From a virus (taxonomy: Duplodnaviria > Heunggongvirae > Uroviricota > Caudoviricetes): 13,986 nucleotides of DNA. This document shows, piece by piece, positions 12,717-13,986 of this stretch. The position numbers and the translations under genes are program-made. The stretch is taken from the IMG/VR virus record IMGVR_UViG_2695420382_000006, one strand, 5' to 3'. Position 1 is the stretch's first letter. The number at the start of each line of letters is the position of its first letter. The notes under the pieces were generated by a model. The model did no database searches and was not told the origin of the DNA. It worked only from the letters and a program-made list of their open reading frames with translations.

Positions 12717-12836
12717 CAGAGAAAGGAAACGACAGAGGCCAAAAAGCCCGTTTTCAGCACCTGTCGTTTCCTTTCTTTTCAGGGGGTGTTTTAAATAAAA
12801 ACATTAGGTTACGGCGAAGAAGAACGGAAACGCCTT
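12717..12836 (-). promoter_or_regulatory. cosB: terminase-binding R elements R1 (~12719-12736), R2 (~12761-12776), R3 (~12821-12834) with an AT-rich IHF-like site I1 between R3 and R2
   Basis: Three copies of the core CGTTTCC / GGAAACG in the orientation pattern known for lambda cosB: agaaaggaaacgacag, ctgtcgtttcctttct, and cggaaacgcc near 12825; the AT-rich stretch ttttaaataaaaacatt lies between. Confidence 0.75.
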
Positions 12837-12867
12837 AAACCGGAAAATTGTCATAAATAGCGAAAAC

Positions 12868-12890
12868 CCGCGCGCCTTCCGCCCCGTAAC
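12868..12890 (-). promoter_or_regulatory. cosN-like terminase nicking region, variant core GGGCGGAAGGCG instead of lambda GGGCGGCGACCT
   Basis: Reverse complement of 12861-12892 reads caggttacg-gggcggaaggcgcgcggg-ttttcg; both flanks match lambda cos while the central hexamer differs. Confidence 0.6.
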
Positions 12891-12915
12891 CTGTCGGATC
12901 GCCGGAAAGGACCCG

Positions 12916-12935
12916 CAAAATGATAATAATTATCA
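12916..12935. promoter_or_regulatory. Fur-box-like operator: perfect 7-1-7 palindrome TGATAATAATTATCA (12921-12935)
   Basis: 12921-12935 is a perfect inverted repeat TGATAAT-A-ATTATCA, matching the 7-1-7 reinterpretation of the Fur box; the extended 19-mer matches about 16/19 of GATAATGATAATCATTATC. Sits in the AT-rich intergenic region between cos and the plus-strand accessory ORF. Confidence 0.35.
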
Positions 12936-13083
12936 TCTACATGTCACAACGTGCATCTACGCCATCAAACCACGTCAAATAATCAATTATGACGCAGGTA
13001 TCGTATTAATTGATCTGCATCAACTTAACGTAAAAACAACTTCAGACAATACAAATCAGCGACACTGAATACAGGGCAACCTC

Positions 13084-13317
13084 ATGTCAACGAAGAACAG
13101 AACCCGCAGAACAACAACCCGCAACATCCGCTTTCCTAACCAAATGATTGAACAAATTAACATCGCTCTTGTTCAAAAAGGGTCCGGGAATTTCTCAGCC
13201 TGGGTCATTGAAGCCTGCCGCCGGAGACTGTGCTCAGAAAAAAGAGTTTCGCCTGAAGCAAACAAAGAAAAGAGTGACATTACTGAATTGCTCAGAAAAC
13301 AGGTTAGACCAGATTGA
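13084..13317 (+). CDS. Small hypothetical protein (77 aa), possible ribbon-helix-helix DNA-binding fold
   Basis: ORF MSTKNRTRRTTTRNIRFPNQMIEQINIALVQKGSGNFSAWVIEACRRRL...: a basic N-terminus, then a putative beta-strand (RNIRFP) and two short helices, the layout of RHH proteins. Weak SD (AGGG) 8 nt upstream of the ATG. Divergent from the late operon. Confidence 0.45.
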   Translation: MSTKNRTRRTTTRNIRFPNQMIEQINIALVQKGSGNFSAWVIEACRRRLCSEKRVSPEANKEKSDITELLRKQVRPD

Positions 13318-13374
13318 AGCAATTTAGATAATCGTGCAGACTACGCCCCCTCATATCACATGGAAGGTACTACA

Positions 13375-13785
13375 ATGGCTCAGGTTGCCATTTTTAAACA
13401 AATATTCGATAAAGTGCGAAATAATTTAAACTATCACTGGTTTTATTCTGAACTAAAACGTCACAATGTCTCACATTACATTTACTATTTAGCCACAGAG
13501 AATATTCATCTTGTTCTTGAAAACGATAATACGGTTTTAATAAAAGGACAGGGTAAGGTTGTAAATGTAAGATTTTCAAAAAATAAATGCCTTATAGAAG
13601 CCACCTTAAAAGGATTCAAATCAGGAGAGTTATCATTTTACGAATACAGGAAAAATCTTGCTACAGCAGGGGTTTTCAGATGGATTACAAATATCCACGA
13701 AAACAAAAGGTATTACTATACCTTTGATAATTCATTACTCTTTACTGAGAACATACAGAACACTACACAAATATTTCCGCACTAA
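13375..13785 (+). CDS. Hypothetical protein, 136 aa (alternative start 13360 gives 141 aa); possibly the cos-proximal accessory protein seen downstream of bor in lambdoid prophages (YbcV/DUF1398-like, unverified)
   Basis: Clean ORF with good SD GGAAGG 7 nt upstream of the ATG at 13375. Markedly AT-rich relative to the structural genes. Same strand as the RHH-like ORF. Confidence 0.55.
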   Translation: MAQVAIFKQIFDKVRNNLNYHWFYSELKRHNVSHYIYYLATENIHLVLENDNTVLIKGQGKVVNVRFSKNKCLIEATLKGFKSGELSFYEYRKNLATAGVFRWITNIHENKRYYYTFDNSLLFTENIQNTTQIFPH

Positions 13786-13986
13786 ATCATAACGTCCGGT
13801 TTCTTCCGTGCCAGAACCGGACTCGCTGGCATGATGAAATATGTGTACCCGGTAACCCCGGTGTGCATCGTTTTTGATTATTCCCGCACACTCGCGCAGA
13901 AGGAGTTCCCCGTCGGGCTACGGTCTCTGTTAATACGGGAATACGGCGACGATTGGATTTGCCCCTATATTTCCAGACATCTGTTA

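Noticed and set aside
13394-13579. 61-aa minus-strand ORF inside the AT-rich accessory region
   Set aside because: Fully overlaps the better-supported plus-strand 136-aa ORF on the opposite strand; no ribosome-binding site was identified for it and it was not examined further.
13084-13785. Interpreting the RHH-like ORF plus the 136-aa ORF as a type II toxin-antitoxin pair
   Set aside because: The genes are separated by 57 bp rather than overlapping, and the second protein is larger than and dissimilar to typical RelE/ParE-type toxins; kept only as a low-probability hypothesis inside the accessory-module finding.

Overview
This window is the late (morphogenetic) arm of a bacteriophage lambda-like genome, reverse-complemented and read across cos. 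No database search was possible; identifications rest on the supplied ORF translations, manual translation of key junctions, and my recall of lambda protein sequences and gene order. On the minus strand, in canonical lambda order, are nu1, A, W, B, C/nu3, D, E, FI, FII, Z, U, V, G/G-T and the first ~748 codons of H, which runs off the window start. Proteins look near-identical to lambda with scattered substitutions, so this is probably a lambdoid prophage in an enterobacterial draft assembly rather than reference lambda. Three things break the canonical picture: gene C is split by a frameshift near 8175-8190; a 61-N scaffold gap with duplicated ~55-bp flanks sits inside C/nu3; and the cosN core differs from lambda at five clustered positions. 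Beyond cos (12900-13986) lies an AT-rich accessory region on the plus strand with a Fur-box-like palindrome, a small ribbon-helix-helix-like ORF and a 136-aa hypothetical ORF. I see no CRISPR array, tRNA/rRNA, or recognisable defence system; the structural cluster is well-described biology and the only candidates for anything new are the cos-proximal accessory elements. All long plus-strand ORFs between 76 and 12800 are antisense shadows of the minus-strand genes.
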